NCBI GenBank assembly: GCA_000002445.1
Contig: CP000067.1
Span: forward strand, 576,001-640,000
Direction: 5' to 3'
DNA length: 64,000 nucleotides
Source: Trypanosoma brucei
Lineage: Eukaryota
In this document: positions 32,398 to 43,196 of the stretch, piece by piece
How the letters are laid out: each line of letters opens with the position of its first letter
Numbering within the stretch: the first letter of the stretch is position 1
Translations under genes and position numbers: made by a program
Notes under the pieces: generated by a model
Told to the model about the DNA's origin: nothing
Seen by the model: the letters and a program-made list of their open reading frames with translations, nothing else
Database searches by the model: none

Positions 32398-32836
32398 AGG
32401 TTTTTTTTAAATCTTCCCCAGCTGTTTGTCTCATCCTTTCGCCTTCCACTGCATTTGGATTCGTGTCTGTCTGCCTTTGTGTTGATGTACCTTCCCTTTC
32501 CACTGGTCATCGGTGTCTTTTATATTTTTCTTTGCTGCTCCTGTGGGTACGCTTCAACGCTTCGTTTTTTCTTTCCTTGTTGATCGTTCTCTCTCCTCAT
32601 CACAAACAACATCCGGCATGATGTTGTTGCTGGCGTACGGGACCGAGGAATTTCCCCTTCACACAAACGTGAGAAGCGAATCGTAAGGAAAGGACGGACC
32701 CATCCGCTGGAAAAAAAACAGTTTATTTACTTACTTTATTTGTAGCTCATAGAGAACAAAGGAAGAGAAGGTGCGACTCGGCACTGGAAGGAGTTGTTGC
32801 AACTGAGACGAAATAACTCAAAAAAGGTATCCTATA

Positions 32837-33799
32837 ATGGCAAAAGCCCTTAGTGTCAGTTTCAAAATAGACTCCGTACTGCAAGAGGCGTTTGGTAAAA
32901 TAGCAGCTGAGGATTCTCGTCTTCGTGCGTTGGTCATTACTGTTGAGGATGAAACAATGCGGCTCCGCGGTGCGCCGCTGGAAGCCACAGGGAACCAAAG
33001 TGATGATTTGGTCAAGCTGCGAGACGCCATTACCGAAGACGGCTTGAGTGCTGCCTTTCTAATTGTTAAACTTGCTAAAGGTGAATTTGCTCAAATATCG
33101 TTTTGCTCAGAAGATGTAAAACCAAAGGTGAGAATGATGCATTCGTCGGGGGCGATGCATCTCGCCGAAGTTTCTGGGCTGCAGAAGCCGCCCTTCAAGT
33201 TAACGAAGCGCAATGTTGAGCGCATGGATGACATCTGTGAATCACTATTTAAAAAGGAATCAGAGAGTAGTCGCGCTGAGCTCATGACGGAGGAAGAGAA
33301 ACTTCATGCTGCCGTGGCTAAGCTGGAGGTGGCTCCACCTGTTGCCGTCATGCCGGGTGTAACTGTGCCTATAAGTGAGGAGGGAGTTCTTCTGCTGAAG
33401 CGTATGGCAAATAGTGAAGTGAACGCGGTAACGTTTGCGATTGACAAGGAGAAGTTTGTGGTGGAAAAGTCACTTGAAGCTGCCGCGGCGGTGAGCGCTT
33501 TGACGGCTGCTTCACTCGCGGATGATGTTGTGGCCCTCCTTCCTGAAGGTCAGCCGCGTGTGGTGGTGATGCGGTGTCCAACCGCAGAGGCGGGGGTAAT
33601 CATCGTGAACGTGTGCCCACCCACGTGCAAACCTCGTGAACGTATGACATACTCATCTTGCAGGGCCTCGTTTGTGCAACAGGCGCAACAACATAACGTG
33701 AAGTGCGTGAGGCGAATGGAAGTTGGTGAGATGGATGAGTTTCGTGAGGCCGTGGTGGAAGCATTCGCGGAGCAAACCAGTGGAGACGGAAAACCGTAA
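32837..33799 (+). CDS. Twinfilin-like actin-monomer-binding protein (two ADF-H domains)
   Basis: The 320 aa protein has two tandem ~140 aa halves. The first half aligns loosely with the twinfilin N-terminal ADF-H domain (GKIAAEDSRLRALVITVEDETMRL...AFLIVKL...ISFCSEDVKPKVRMMHSSGAMHL vs ...YRLLKISIENEQLVV...YVLFRL...[23 protein letters not shown]). Confidence 0.5.
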   Translation: MAKALSVSFKIDSVLQEAFGKIAAEDSRLRALVITVEDETMRLRGAPLEATGNQSDDLVKLRDAITEDGLSAAFLIVKLAKGEFAQISFCSEDVKPKVRMMHSSGAMHLAEVSGLQKPPFKLTKRNVERMDDICESLFKKESESSRAELMTEEEKLHAAVAKLEVAPPVAVMPGVTVPISEEGVLLLKRMANSEVNAVTFAIDKEKFVVEKSLEAAAAVSALTAASLADDVVALLPEGQPRVVVMRCPTAEAGVIIVNVCPPTCKPRERMTYSSCRASFVQQAQQHNVKCVRRMEVGEMDEFREAVVEAFAEQTSGDGKP

Positions 33800-34166
33800 T
33801 GATTAGCTTTCAACTGAATGGTTGGTTGTTTCTGCGGGCTAGCGGTGTGTATGCGAACAAAACTCTCCATCCTCACACGCATATATACGCGGGCGGGCAC
33901 ACACTCGATGTGCCCGAGGATGCGACGACGGGGGAACGAAGTGAGTATATATTGGTTTTTTTTTGTGTGGTGGGGAGCTGGAATGGGTGCAGGACCAACC
34001 AGATTTATTGCGCAAAGAGTTGAAGCGAGTTCTCTTACCTGTTTTTGTTCGCTGTCTACGTTCCCGTTCACTTCACGCTTCGCCATCGGTGTTGGCACCT
34101 ACATGCCATGTTAAATGGTTGTCTTGGTTGTTAAGATACGGATCAGCGCGCTCACCTATTGTCCCC

Positions 34167-35156
34167 ATGCTTTGTTTGTTATTTAAGTGTGGAATGTTCC
34201 TGCGGCGTCTGATTGTCTCCCAGAGACGCCACGTCTTTTGCGCTGGTGTGGTATTGTCTGCGTCCCGCTTTTGCAGTGGATGTGGAACAACTTCCAGTAG
34301 AGCAGATTCCCCACCCACCTCCGCAGTGAATGTGGAGAGTTTCACCCTAAACGAGGAGGTTGTGAAGAGGGATATGGAGGCGCTTGCAAAGTGGAACGAC
34401 CTATCGAGCAGAATGGATGCATATAGGGAAGAGAAGCAGTATGGAAAGATATTGTCCGCTGTGGACGAAGGCATAGCAATGCTGGAAGAAATGGGAGCAC
34501 TGAGTGCCCCTATCCAATGTGAGACGCTGCTGTTACTGGAGGCTTCCCAGGCTCACTACAACCTACAGCAGTACGATTTGGCTCTGGAAAGGGCTAAGAA
34601 GGCGAAACAGACGCTGATGGCAGCACCGGAAGGAATGCGAGACGCTGCAAAGCTTGGTGAAACGAATCAGCTCATCGGTTATATCCACCTTAAAAGTGGG
34701 AAACTTGAAGAAGCGAACTCTGTTTTCACAGATATACTTCGCTGGATCGATGTCGATGCACGGACGGCGACCCCGATGCAAGCGGTCGCAGCTGTTAATA
34801 TGCGCCGCTTTATTGTCACCGGTATCGCACTCTGTTGGCACAAGGTTGCTGAAAGAGAATGTGCAACTGGTGGTGACGGCAGGGAAATGTATGGAAAGGC
34901 ACTCGATTTGCTTCTCGAGGCCCTCAATACTCATATCGACGAGAACGATCATGAAATGGTGAAGATGTCGCTGCTGAGCATCCTGCAATGTTTTGATGGT
35001 GTCGGAGATGGTAGCCAGGCTGTGATAACGGCAGAGAAGTTGGTGCGTTGGTGTTCACGTCATAAGGATGAGCAAGGCATCGCAGAAGGAAACGAATGGC
35101 TCACAAAGATGCAGGAAAAGTACCCGCAGAAAAAAGAGGAGGGAGATAAAGTGTAG
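34167..35156 (+). CDS. Helical-repeat (TPR-like) protein with a presequence-like N-terminus, possibly mitochondrial
   Basis: The C-terminal 270 aa are all-helical repeat-like (LLLLEASQAHYNLQQYDLALERAKKAKQTL...). The N-terminus MLCLLFKCGMFLRRLIVSQRRHVF is Arg-rich and hydrophobic. The ORF-track start is TTG at 33963; the first ATG after polyY and AG is 34167. Confidence 0.45.
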   Translation: MLCLLFKCGMFLRRLIVSQRRHVFCAGVVLSASRFCSGCGTTSSRADSPPTSAVNVESFTLNEEVVKRDMEALAKWNDLSSRMDAYREEKQYGKILSAVDEGIAMLEEMGALSAPIQCETLLLLEASQAHYNLQQYDLALERAKKAKQTLMAAPEGMRDAAKLGETNQLIGYIHLKSGKLEEANSVFTDILRWIDVDARTATPMQAVAAVNMRRFIVTGIALCWHKVAERECATGGDGREMYGKALDLLLEALNTHIDENDHEMVKMSLLSILQCFDGVGDGSQAVITAEKLVRWCSRHKDEQGIAEGNEWLTKMQEKYPQKKEEGDKV

Positions 35157-35656
35157 GTAAGGGGCGTACTTTATTGGGTGAATGATCATGTGGACGGACT
35201 GTTAGCGACGTAAACAACTTGTGAGTTTGAGGTGTTTTATACGCGGCGATTCTGCTCCTTTTTTTTCCTTCTGTTCGACGAAAACAAATGTTGTGTGTGG
35301 GGAACACACCTCAGAAAAGGAGGCGGAAGGACAGGTAGGAAAACCAGTGCATAACAGAGACGGTTTGTGTGTGACCCCCGCTGCTCTGCATGCGAAGCAG
35401 TATGGAATCTGAGGAAAAGTATTATCCGGTTCTTAAAGAACAGGAGATACGCGGGAGGAAGAAACGGCCTCTTCGCAAGGGGTTCAGATGAATCAATACC
35501 TGTTTGCAAAAATATATATATATATATCCTTATTGTAACCGTCTTACCCTCTTTCTTTTTTTTTTGGGGTGGGGGGGAGGGGACCCTTTTCTTTATATCC
35601 TTTATTTTCTTCGTTCCCTCTCCACTTCTGGGTCACTGCAAGGTTAGAGGGAATCC

Positions 35657-37375
35657 ATGGCGAAAGGTAATGAGGAGTGTGTTGATCTTCGTCAGTCGTG
35701 GAGACATTTCATGGTGACACCTGTAGAGCAAACACATGCGCCAGTTGGTGTTGAGCAAGCGCAGATAAAACGCGGTGAATTTACACTCCTTCAGCGTTAC
35801 CACCTGGTGGGGACAAACGCAGACGAGCAGTCGCTGTTCTTCCTATCGCTAATCAGCCCAAACGCGGAATTGTTGCGGGCGACGTGCCATCTGTTCATTC
35901 AATTGAATTTTCAGTATAGGCAACTCCTGCTTGATAACGAGGAGAAGCTGACGTTGCTTCGCTTCCATCATGAGGAGCAGTTGACAAGTTTGCTTGAGGC
36001 CTCGAATGCAGAGACACGAGATATGGTTGTGGGGTCAGATGTTACGGAACATTTCGTCCTGAAGCATCAACGTGAGTTAGAGGAACACCAGGAAGAAAAC
36101 CGCTTTTCCGAAAACACCCTCCTCTTAGAGCTCCGCCAAAATTTCTTTACTTTCCTGAAGGCATCTGCACAGGGTACGATGGATTCACTTGAAGGGGAGC
36201 CTGGGTGGTTGAAGCTGCGACAAAACGATGAGCAGCACAAACGAGGGATGAATATTGGATATTTTTGCGACGGTCGTGTTCCAGTACGTGTGGTGGAGCT
36301 GCCAAACCTTCTTGGGAGGAACTTAACTGGTTTTAGGCCAAAGGATCCACTACTTCGGCCGATTGTAGTCGATATCTCACCGCTGACGTCCTTGCGCGAA
36401 TGCCTTCATTGTCTTTACTCGGAGGAGCGAGATTCTGTTTTAGCTGTGGAGGAGCACCTGCTTCGCTTGTCGCGACAAGTCCATGCGGTGTTGTTATTCA
36501 TTGGTCTCGAGGACGAGGCAATGCGCATACTTTCCAGCAATTATGCGGAACTCTTCCTCGACCAAGAAAGCATCTCCCCGTCAAGGCCAGCGCCATGTTT
36601 CGTGCCTCTGCGCCATCACCGCTGCTTGAGGGTTATGCTTTCCACTCAACTGTGGGGAGCTAATATTATCCTCCTGTGGACACCACAAGCTGCCAATGGA
36701 CGCCATAACTGCGAACCGCTCATTGTAGAAGATGCCCTAAATTTAGCTCTTTCTTGGAATGCCGACATGTTTACTGTTGCCGTGCTAGGCTCTGCAGCGC
36801 GTTCCCATGCAACTTCCTCTCTGCACACCGAGGATCCGACACGTGAAATACCAATGGAGGTTCTGCGCCAGCTGCAGTGCGGTGTAGGTCGGTTGGTATT
36901 TGAGGCTGCAACCATGAAAGCCTCTGCTGTATGGGGTGGCTCCGAAGAAACGGAGCAGCGGCAGCAAAAGAACAATTGGGATGCCGGTCAGACAGTCCCT
37001 CAACTTGTGTCGGCCAGGGAGCCGCAATTGGAGTTCAACTTGCCCATGTCTATACGTGTGTTCCTTCCTACCACTATGGCCTCGCTAGATGAAAGTGGTG
37101 ATCGCAGTGAGTCGTTGGAGCTCTCCCTTCAAGGAGGTGGTGGCGCTGCTGGACGGGTGGAGCGTCACGGGTTTAGGCAAGATGAAGATGTAGGTGATGT
37201 GAGTGTTATTGATTCATCGTCGCTCACAGATGTGCACAGTATAAGGCATACCACCAACAGTAGTTTCTCCAGCAACATCGGCAGCCGGAGAGAAACAGAT
37301 CGCCGTGGTCGACGGCAAATGACTTTTGGAAGATTGCTTGCATACAACTTTGGTGAGTCGGCCGTACTCCGATAA
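35657..37375 (+). CDS. Hypothetical protein (572 aa); no recognisable domain
   Basis: A long complex ORF with an ATG start, co-oriented with its neighbours. Confidence 0.5.
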   Translation: MAKGNEECVDLRQSWRHFMVTPVEQTHAPVGVEQAQIKRGEFTLLQRYHLVGTNADEQSLFFLSLISPNAELLRATCHLFIQLNFQYRQLLLDNEEKLTLLRFHHEEQLTSLLEASNAETRDMVVGSDVTEHFVLKHQRELEEHQEENRFSENTLLLELRQNFFTFLKASAQGTMDSLEGEPGWLKLRQNDEQHKRGMNIGYFCDGRVPVRVVELPNLLGRNLTGFRPKDPLLRPIVVDISPLTSLRECLHCLYSEERDSVLAVEEHLLRLSRQVHAVLLFIGLEDEAMRILSSNYAELFLDQESISPSRPAPCFVPLRHHRCLRVMLSTQLWGANIILLWTPQAANGRHNCEPLIVEDALNLALSWNADMFTVAVLGSAARSHATSSLHTEDPTREIPMEVLRQLQCGVGRLVFEAATMKASAVWGGSEETEQRQQKNNWDAGQTVPQLVSAREPQLEFNLPMSIRVFLPTTMASLDESGDRSESLELSLQGGGGAAGRVERHGFRQDEDVGDVSVIDSSSLTDVHSIRHTTNSSFSSNIGSRRETDRRGRRQMTFGRLLAYNFGESAVLR

Positions 37376-37830
37376 AACGAATTGCCGGCTCCATTTCTAT
37401 GTGCTTGCCGTTACATTTCCTCCCTAAATATTTCACGTAAACCTGCACTCGAACGCACAATTTTTTTCTTCTTTGTGCTCAATCATTGTTTTGCTTGCTG
37501 GGAAGTGCTTTGTGTGTGTCTGTCTCTCTTTCTCTCAGTAAGTTTTGCGACATTGGCGTGTACAGTGGTTGCACTGCCACCCCCATTCACCAACGACAGC
37601 GTTCGTTTTGCTCGTTCATCTGCCTTTTCGGATGTGGATTTGTTTATGGCACAGTGATACCTCCAATAGGGGCATTTCGTTAATAATCTCTTTTTATTTA
37701 TTTTCTTTCCTTTCTCCTTCTTTGTTGACCAACGTAAAGTAACAAGTAGCAAACAGAGGGACGCATAGTGTCACATCGCGCGGCTGAAGAAAACAGTAAA
37801 ATAACAGCATAACGTGTTTTACTGCACCTC

Positions 37831-39705
37831 ATGTCGTCACACGGCAAATTAGTAAGGAAAGCTGAAGATCTTCAAGAGGACTTGTCGTGGGATTCCCATA
37901 TTAAACATGTGCTAATAGAACTCGAAAAGATTTATTTTCAGCGCATTAGGCCAATAGAGGTGAAGTTTGACTACGATATGTGCTGTCCTTCGTGGTTTGG
38001 GGAATCCATGGTGCAAAAGAAGCCATTCATCACGTTCTTAGGACCCTTCTCAGCGGGAAAGTCTACGTTCATAAATTACCTTTTACAAGGTAATCTATTA
38101 TCCACAGGTCCTCAACCTGTGACGGATCGGTTCACCGTAATTTCCCATGCGAAAGACGTACAAAAAATACCTGGCCGCGTTTTGATGGCTGACTCCAAGC
38201 AGCCTTTTCGTGGCCTCAATCAATTTGGTGGTGTATTCGGAGAGGTATTGGAGGGTATTACACATCCTCACCCCATCCTGCAATCTGTTACACTCATTGA
38301 TACACCGGGTGTTTTGGAAACCGCGGGGAATGCTCACAGTCGTCGATATGACTACGTTAACGCTTGTCGGTGGTTTGTGGAGAAAAGCGACCTTGTGTTT
38401 GTCATGTTTGACCCAACGAAACTAGATTCTGGGGAGGAGTTACGTGCTGTGTTTCAGCAAGCCCTGAGAGGACATGAAAGTAAAATCCGTATTATTTTGA
38501 ACAAGGCTGATACGGTGGAGCCACAAGAACTTATGCGCGTGTATGGCGCATTGTTTTGGAATCTCTCAGCCCTTGTCGCTACGACAGAGCCACCGCGCGT
38601 TTTCATTTCAAGTTTCTGGGAACAGCCGTACCGCATGGGCACAGATCATGAACTATTTACGGAAGAAAAGGCGGACCTTATTTACCATATAACAACGGTA
38701 GTCCCCATGCAGGCCCTTGACCGACGTGTGGCTTCTGTGCTTCAGCGCGCAACTCGAGTAATTGCGTTTGCGATTCTCTGCGCCACTTATAAAACCAAGA
38801 TGCCCTCGCTGTTTGGTAAGGCTAAGGCAAGGAAACAGTTTATTGAAGATCTACCACAGATATGTGAAGACCTGGCGAACAAGTACCGCTGCAGTGTTGC
38901 TGATTTCCCGAAGAAAGAGGTACTGGAGAATTTTTTTTCGAGGGCTAAAACTAGTGACTTCTTTGACATGAATCAACTGCTGAAACGGAAGTGGATAGAG
39001 CTTATGAGGATCACAGTAGACCGGGACCTTCCAATGTTGCTGAAGCCCCTTGAAGAATCGGCCGTTGTTGATCCCAATGATCGTAAGCATGCCCTCCTTC
39101 TCCAGCGAGAATACTTTAAAAGGATGTCCATGGAAGCCCATGGTCAGCTGTTTGTCGAGGACGTTTGTCAGAACTTAGGTACTGTGCCCATGATTCAGAG
39201 CCAGTTCACGGATCGGCCGGCCATCTGTGATGTACCCGCGAATAACACGTCGATGCAACTGCAGAGCACAGCTCCACCCAACGGCGCAGGTGGAAACGTT
39301 AACCAGGAACAACTTGCGGTGATGATGCAAATGATGCAAACGATGATGGCCGCCCAGCAAGGGCAGAAGCCGAGTCCACAACAGCAAGGGGTTCCGTTGA
39401 TCTCACAACAAGCTTACGCACCCCAGCAGGTGCAACCAGAGCAGGGAGGGCCGCTGTTTCCGCCGTCGCAGCAGATCTCTACAACCACGCAACAGATGAA
39501 TCCGTACCAACAGATGCAAACAATGGATACACTTCAACAGGGCGTACCACAGTTTCCGCCGTCGCAGGTCTGTATCGAAATGCCACAGTCTAACCCATAT
39601 CAGCAGGGGCAACCAACATTTATGCCTTACGGAGGTTTCCCATCGGATCCCCAAGGACAGGGACTTCCACAGAATCCACAGCAGCAGGGACAATTGTTTC
39701 CTTAG
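37831..39705 (+). CDS. EHD/RME-1-family dynamin-like ATPase with a Q/P-rich low-complexity C-terminal tail
   Basis: [24 protein letters not shown] matches EHD1 [62 protein letters not shown] (vs [28 protein letters not shown]) and [19 protein letters not shown] (vs EMPSVFGKDNKKKELVNNL) also match. The last ~150 aa are Gln/Pro-rich. Confidence 0.75.
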   Translation: [624 protein letters not shown]

Positions 39706-40566
39706 TTGTTTGCTTGTGGTATCCGCAATGACATGCGCGTCTGGTAAGTGCTCAATAGTAATAAGTCCTGTACCTCTTTCAAGACAACTTGGTGCAATAA
39801 TGGCTTCTCCTCCCCTGGTCATAATGAACGTGTACCAAAGGTGATGAGACTGCCCAAAAAGAAAAAAAGAAAAAAGAGGCAGTATAAATATGGCATTACA
39901 GCTGTTTTTTCCCCCCCTATGCAGCAGCTTTCTACCATTGTGTAAGGAAGATCGGAAATGCGAGATCTTCACGCAAGTGTATGCGGTCGTGATGAAGTGG
40001 ATGCGATAGGGAGGGTTTCCCACTCTCCCCAATAACAACACTGTGAAAAGGTGTTTTAACTTGCTCTAATTTCTCTTTGCAACTTTCTACGAGCAGCCGT
40101 ACGCTGTTTCCGTGGGCGTGTAAAATTTGCGTTTCTGATGGGTTTCAACCATATATTTCACTTGCTGAGCATCGACTCGCCTTTATTACCATCTATTACC
40201 TCAACCATTCTGCTGGCGTTGTTGTGTTAATGTTTCACTTTTTTTTTTTTGTCGGCACCGAATGAGACGCGCTCTTCGAGGCATTAAAGGTCATTTCCTT
40301 TTCTCTCCTTTTTTTTCTTCACAACCTTTGCACATGCACATATATATTATATCATTATTATTTTTTTTTTGCATTGGTGGCGCGTGTACAAACGGTATTC
40401 TCCTTTATGTGAACATGGGAATAAGGAAACTAAGCTCCCCCGATTGTCCGCTACTGTAACGGGTGGACCCTCACCAGAGGAACGGGAGGGGAGGGACGAG
40501 ACGGTTGGGCGCGAGAAAAAACAAAAAAGAAACGATATATAAATTCCTTCGTAGCACCGTGAGTCA

Positions 40567-42795
40567 ATGGAAGGTACAAATAGCGGTAATGAAGGAAGTA
40601 GCGGGGGACAACGATTTGTGAAACCGAGATGGGAAAACCACTCAACATTGCCCACCGCCGTAACAAATAACAGCAACAACGACAAGAATAGTGGTGGTGG
40701 GGGTGGACATTCCACACGTGAGGAATCTTCGGCTATGTTGCCTAAACTAAACCCATTTACGAAGAAGCCATACACACCGCAATATTACAAGATCCTTGCT
40801 CAAAGGACTACGCTTCCCGTGTACCAGAGAGCAAAGGAGCTTACTCAAAATGTGCGTGACCACCAGGTTGTACTCTTTGTGGGTGAAACAGGAAGTGGTA
40901 AAACAACGCAAGTGCCACAGTTCATATCAGAGATGGAATTACCAGGGGTTGTTGTTTGTACACAACCGCGTCGTATCGCTGCAATGTCTATTGCTGTGCG
41001 GGTTGCCGCTGAAATGGATGTGCAGTTGGGTGAGGAGGTAGGTTACCGCGTGCGATTTAAGTCTATGGTATCTGATAAGACAAAATTGCTTTATATGACA
41101 GATGGTATGCTTTTGCGTGAGGCCTTTTCGGACCGCGATTTGTCACGGATTTCAGTAGTTGTTGTGGATGAGGCTCATGAACGTACGGTCGAAACGGATG
41201 TGCTTCTTGGGGTGTTGCGTTTGCTTATGCAACGCCGTCAAGACTTTAGGCTCGTTGTCATGTCTGCGACGCTTGACATGGAGAGGTTTCAGGCGTACTT
41301 TCCGAAAGCACCACTCATACAGGTGGAGGGCCGCATGTATGATGTTCAAGTGCTTTACTCTACAGTACCGGTGAAGGATTATGTGGAAGCTTGCGTGGAA
41401 CGTGTGTGTGATATCCACTTGAACGAACCACCTGGCGATATCTTGTGTTTTCTCACCGGTGAGGCAGAAATTGAAAGAGCTGTTTCGCGCACGAAGTTAA
41501 AACTTGAGCATCTTCTTGCCGATGATGGAAACACGGTGTCTAGCAATGGTGCCCAGTTGCTTGCAAGGGTCTTACCACTGTATGGTTCCTTGGGCGTCGA
41601 TGACCAGGGGCGTGTGTTTTCTAACGCTGGCAAGAACACGCGGAAAATTATTTTTGCAACAAATATTGCCGAAACATCGTTAACTATCGACGGGATTGTA
41701 TACGTGGTGGATTGTGGATACCACAAACAGAGTTTGTACAACGCGGAAGCCCGCGTCGACTACCTATTACCCGCTGTTATCAGTAAAGCTTCGGCAGAGC
41801 AGCGGAAAGGTCGTGCGGGCCGTACTCGTCCAGGGAAGTGTTTCCGACTTTTTCAACAGAGTGACTTTTCCTCTTTCCCTAATCAAACTCACCCGGAGGT
41901 GCTGCGTTCCAACATGATCAACACTGTACTTTTGCTGCTGAAACTTGATGTTGCCAATCCATACCAGTTTGCCTTCATTGATCCCCCATCGCAGCAGAGT
42001 GTTATGGATGCGTATTGTCAACTCAGTCTTTTCGGGGCTGTAGACGACGACTTACAACTCACGGACTTTGGGCGTCTGATGGCCGATTTTCCCGTGGACG
42101 CCTGTTTGGCCCGTGTGCTTATGCGTTCCGCGCAATACGGCTGTGCAGCAGACGCAGCGGTTATAGTAGCGATGTTAGAAACGAGGAATGTGCTGGTGCG
42201 CCCAGCATCCCGTGGGATCGAGGCGGAGCAGAAACACGTGATGTTTCGTCATCCTGATGGCGACCATTTGACTCTCTTTAAGGTTTTTCACGCTTTTTGG
42301 CGTAGCGGCCAGTCCTCGCAGTACTGCTTCGATAACTTCCTTGCCTATCAAGCGCTGCAGCAAGCGGTGAATGTGTATACTCAGCTTACCAAGTTGATGA
42401 AGAAAAAAAACATTTGTTTTGTGTCCACGTATGATGACAGGTCGGGAAAACTGGACTCCGTGGCGATCCGGAAAGCGGTACTTGAGGGATTCTTCACTCA
42501 AGTGGCGTATAAACCACCCGGTGGAGAGCTGTACAAAACTGTAAGGGACTCGCAGATGGTTGCACTTCACCGCCACTCGTTCCCTTCAATGAGCGGATCC
42601 CCGTCTTGGATTGTATACGACCGACTTGAGGTGCAGGGGCAAGGTGGTACGTTTATCCGGGTGGCGTCTGCAATTGAGCCGGAGTGGTTGCTCGAAGTTA
42701 GCGACTTTTTTAATGACACGTCAGAGTTTGGGGATGGTGAGATCTGCCGCATCCTCCAGGACCTGAAAGCGGGGGGCACAACACAAAAGGGATAA
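40567..42795 (+). CDS. DEAH-box ATP-dependent RNA helicase, Prp43/DHX15-like
   Basis: Motifs GETGSGKTTQVPQF, VVVDEAHERTVETDVL, SATLD, FLTGEAEIE, TNIAETSLTIDGIVYVVD and QRKGRAGRTRPGKCFRL are present. The 742 aa length and a C-terminal OB/ratchet region fit Prp43. Confidence 0.85.
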   Translation: MEGTNSGNEGSSGGQRFVKPRWENHSTLPTAVTNNSNNDKNSGGGGGHSTREESSAMLPKLNPFTKKPYTPQYYKILAQRTTLPVYQRAKELTQNVRDHQVVLFVGETGSGKTTQVPQFISEMELPGVVVCTQPRRIAAMSIAVRVAAEMDVQLGEEVGYRVRFKSMVSDKTKLLYMTDGMLLREAFSDRDLSRISVVVVDEAHERTVETDVLLGVLRLLMQRRQDFRLVVMSATLDMERFQAYFPKAPLIQVEGRMYDVQVLYSTVPVKDYVEACVERVCDIHLNEPPGDILCFLTGEAEIERAVSRTKLKLEHLLADDGNTVSSNGAQLLARVLPLYGSLGVDDQGRVFSNAGKNTRKIIFATNIAETSLTIDGIVYVVDCGYHKQSLYNAEARVDYLLPAVISKASAEQRKGRAGRTRPGKCFRLFQQSDFSSFPNQTHPEVLRSNMINTVLLLLKLDVANPYQFAFIDPPSQQSVMDAYCQLSLFGAVDDDLQLTDFGRLMADFPVDACLARVLMRSAQYGCAADAAVIVAMLETRNVLVRPASRGIEAEQKHVMFRHPDGDHLTLFKVFHAFWRSGQSSQYCFDNFLAYQALQQAVNVYTQLTKLMKKKNICFVSTYDDRSGKLDSVAIRKAVLEGFFTQVAYKPPGGELYKTVRDSQMVALHRHSFPSMSGSPSWIVYDRLEVQGQGGTFIRVASAIEPEWLLEVSDFFNDTSEFGDGEICRILQDLKAGGTTQKG

Positions 42796-43196
42796 TGCTT
42801 TTTTTTTCTTTTTGACCAGTGGTGTTGCATCCTTATTCTCTCCCACGTCTTTCCCTTCTCGTTTTCCCGCCGAATTCACCATGTCATGACGAATATGTGT
42901 GAGACCACATCCGCTGTTGTGTGGAGGAGACCGGTGGAATAGGAGGATGATAAAAATTGTATGGGGAAGCAATCCGTGTCTCAACATAAAGTAACCAAGC
43001 AAGAAACAGAAACAGTTCGATCGACCCGAGCTGCACTTGTTATGGCAAACATGATGCCACTATTTTTGTTTCAGGTTAATCTATCCCTTCGTTTTCCTTT
43101 TTGTGCTTCGTTCTGTGAAATATCTACTATAAACTGGGTATACTCTTTCATTCTTATTTCTCCTTCCCCACCTATCGTTCTTCGCATAGCGCAAGC

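Noticed and set aside
39403-40041. 212 aa minus-strand ORF antisense to the EHD-like gene C-terminus
   Set aside because: It lies entirely inside a well-supported + strand gene. It is Leu/Arg-rich, the mirror translation of the Gln/Pro-rich tail, and has no homology. Other antisense ORFs (33550-34098, 43081-43473, 17612-17992, 63384-63749) were rejected for the same reasons.
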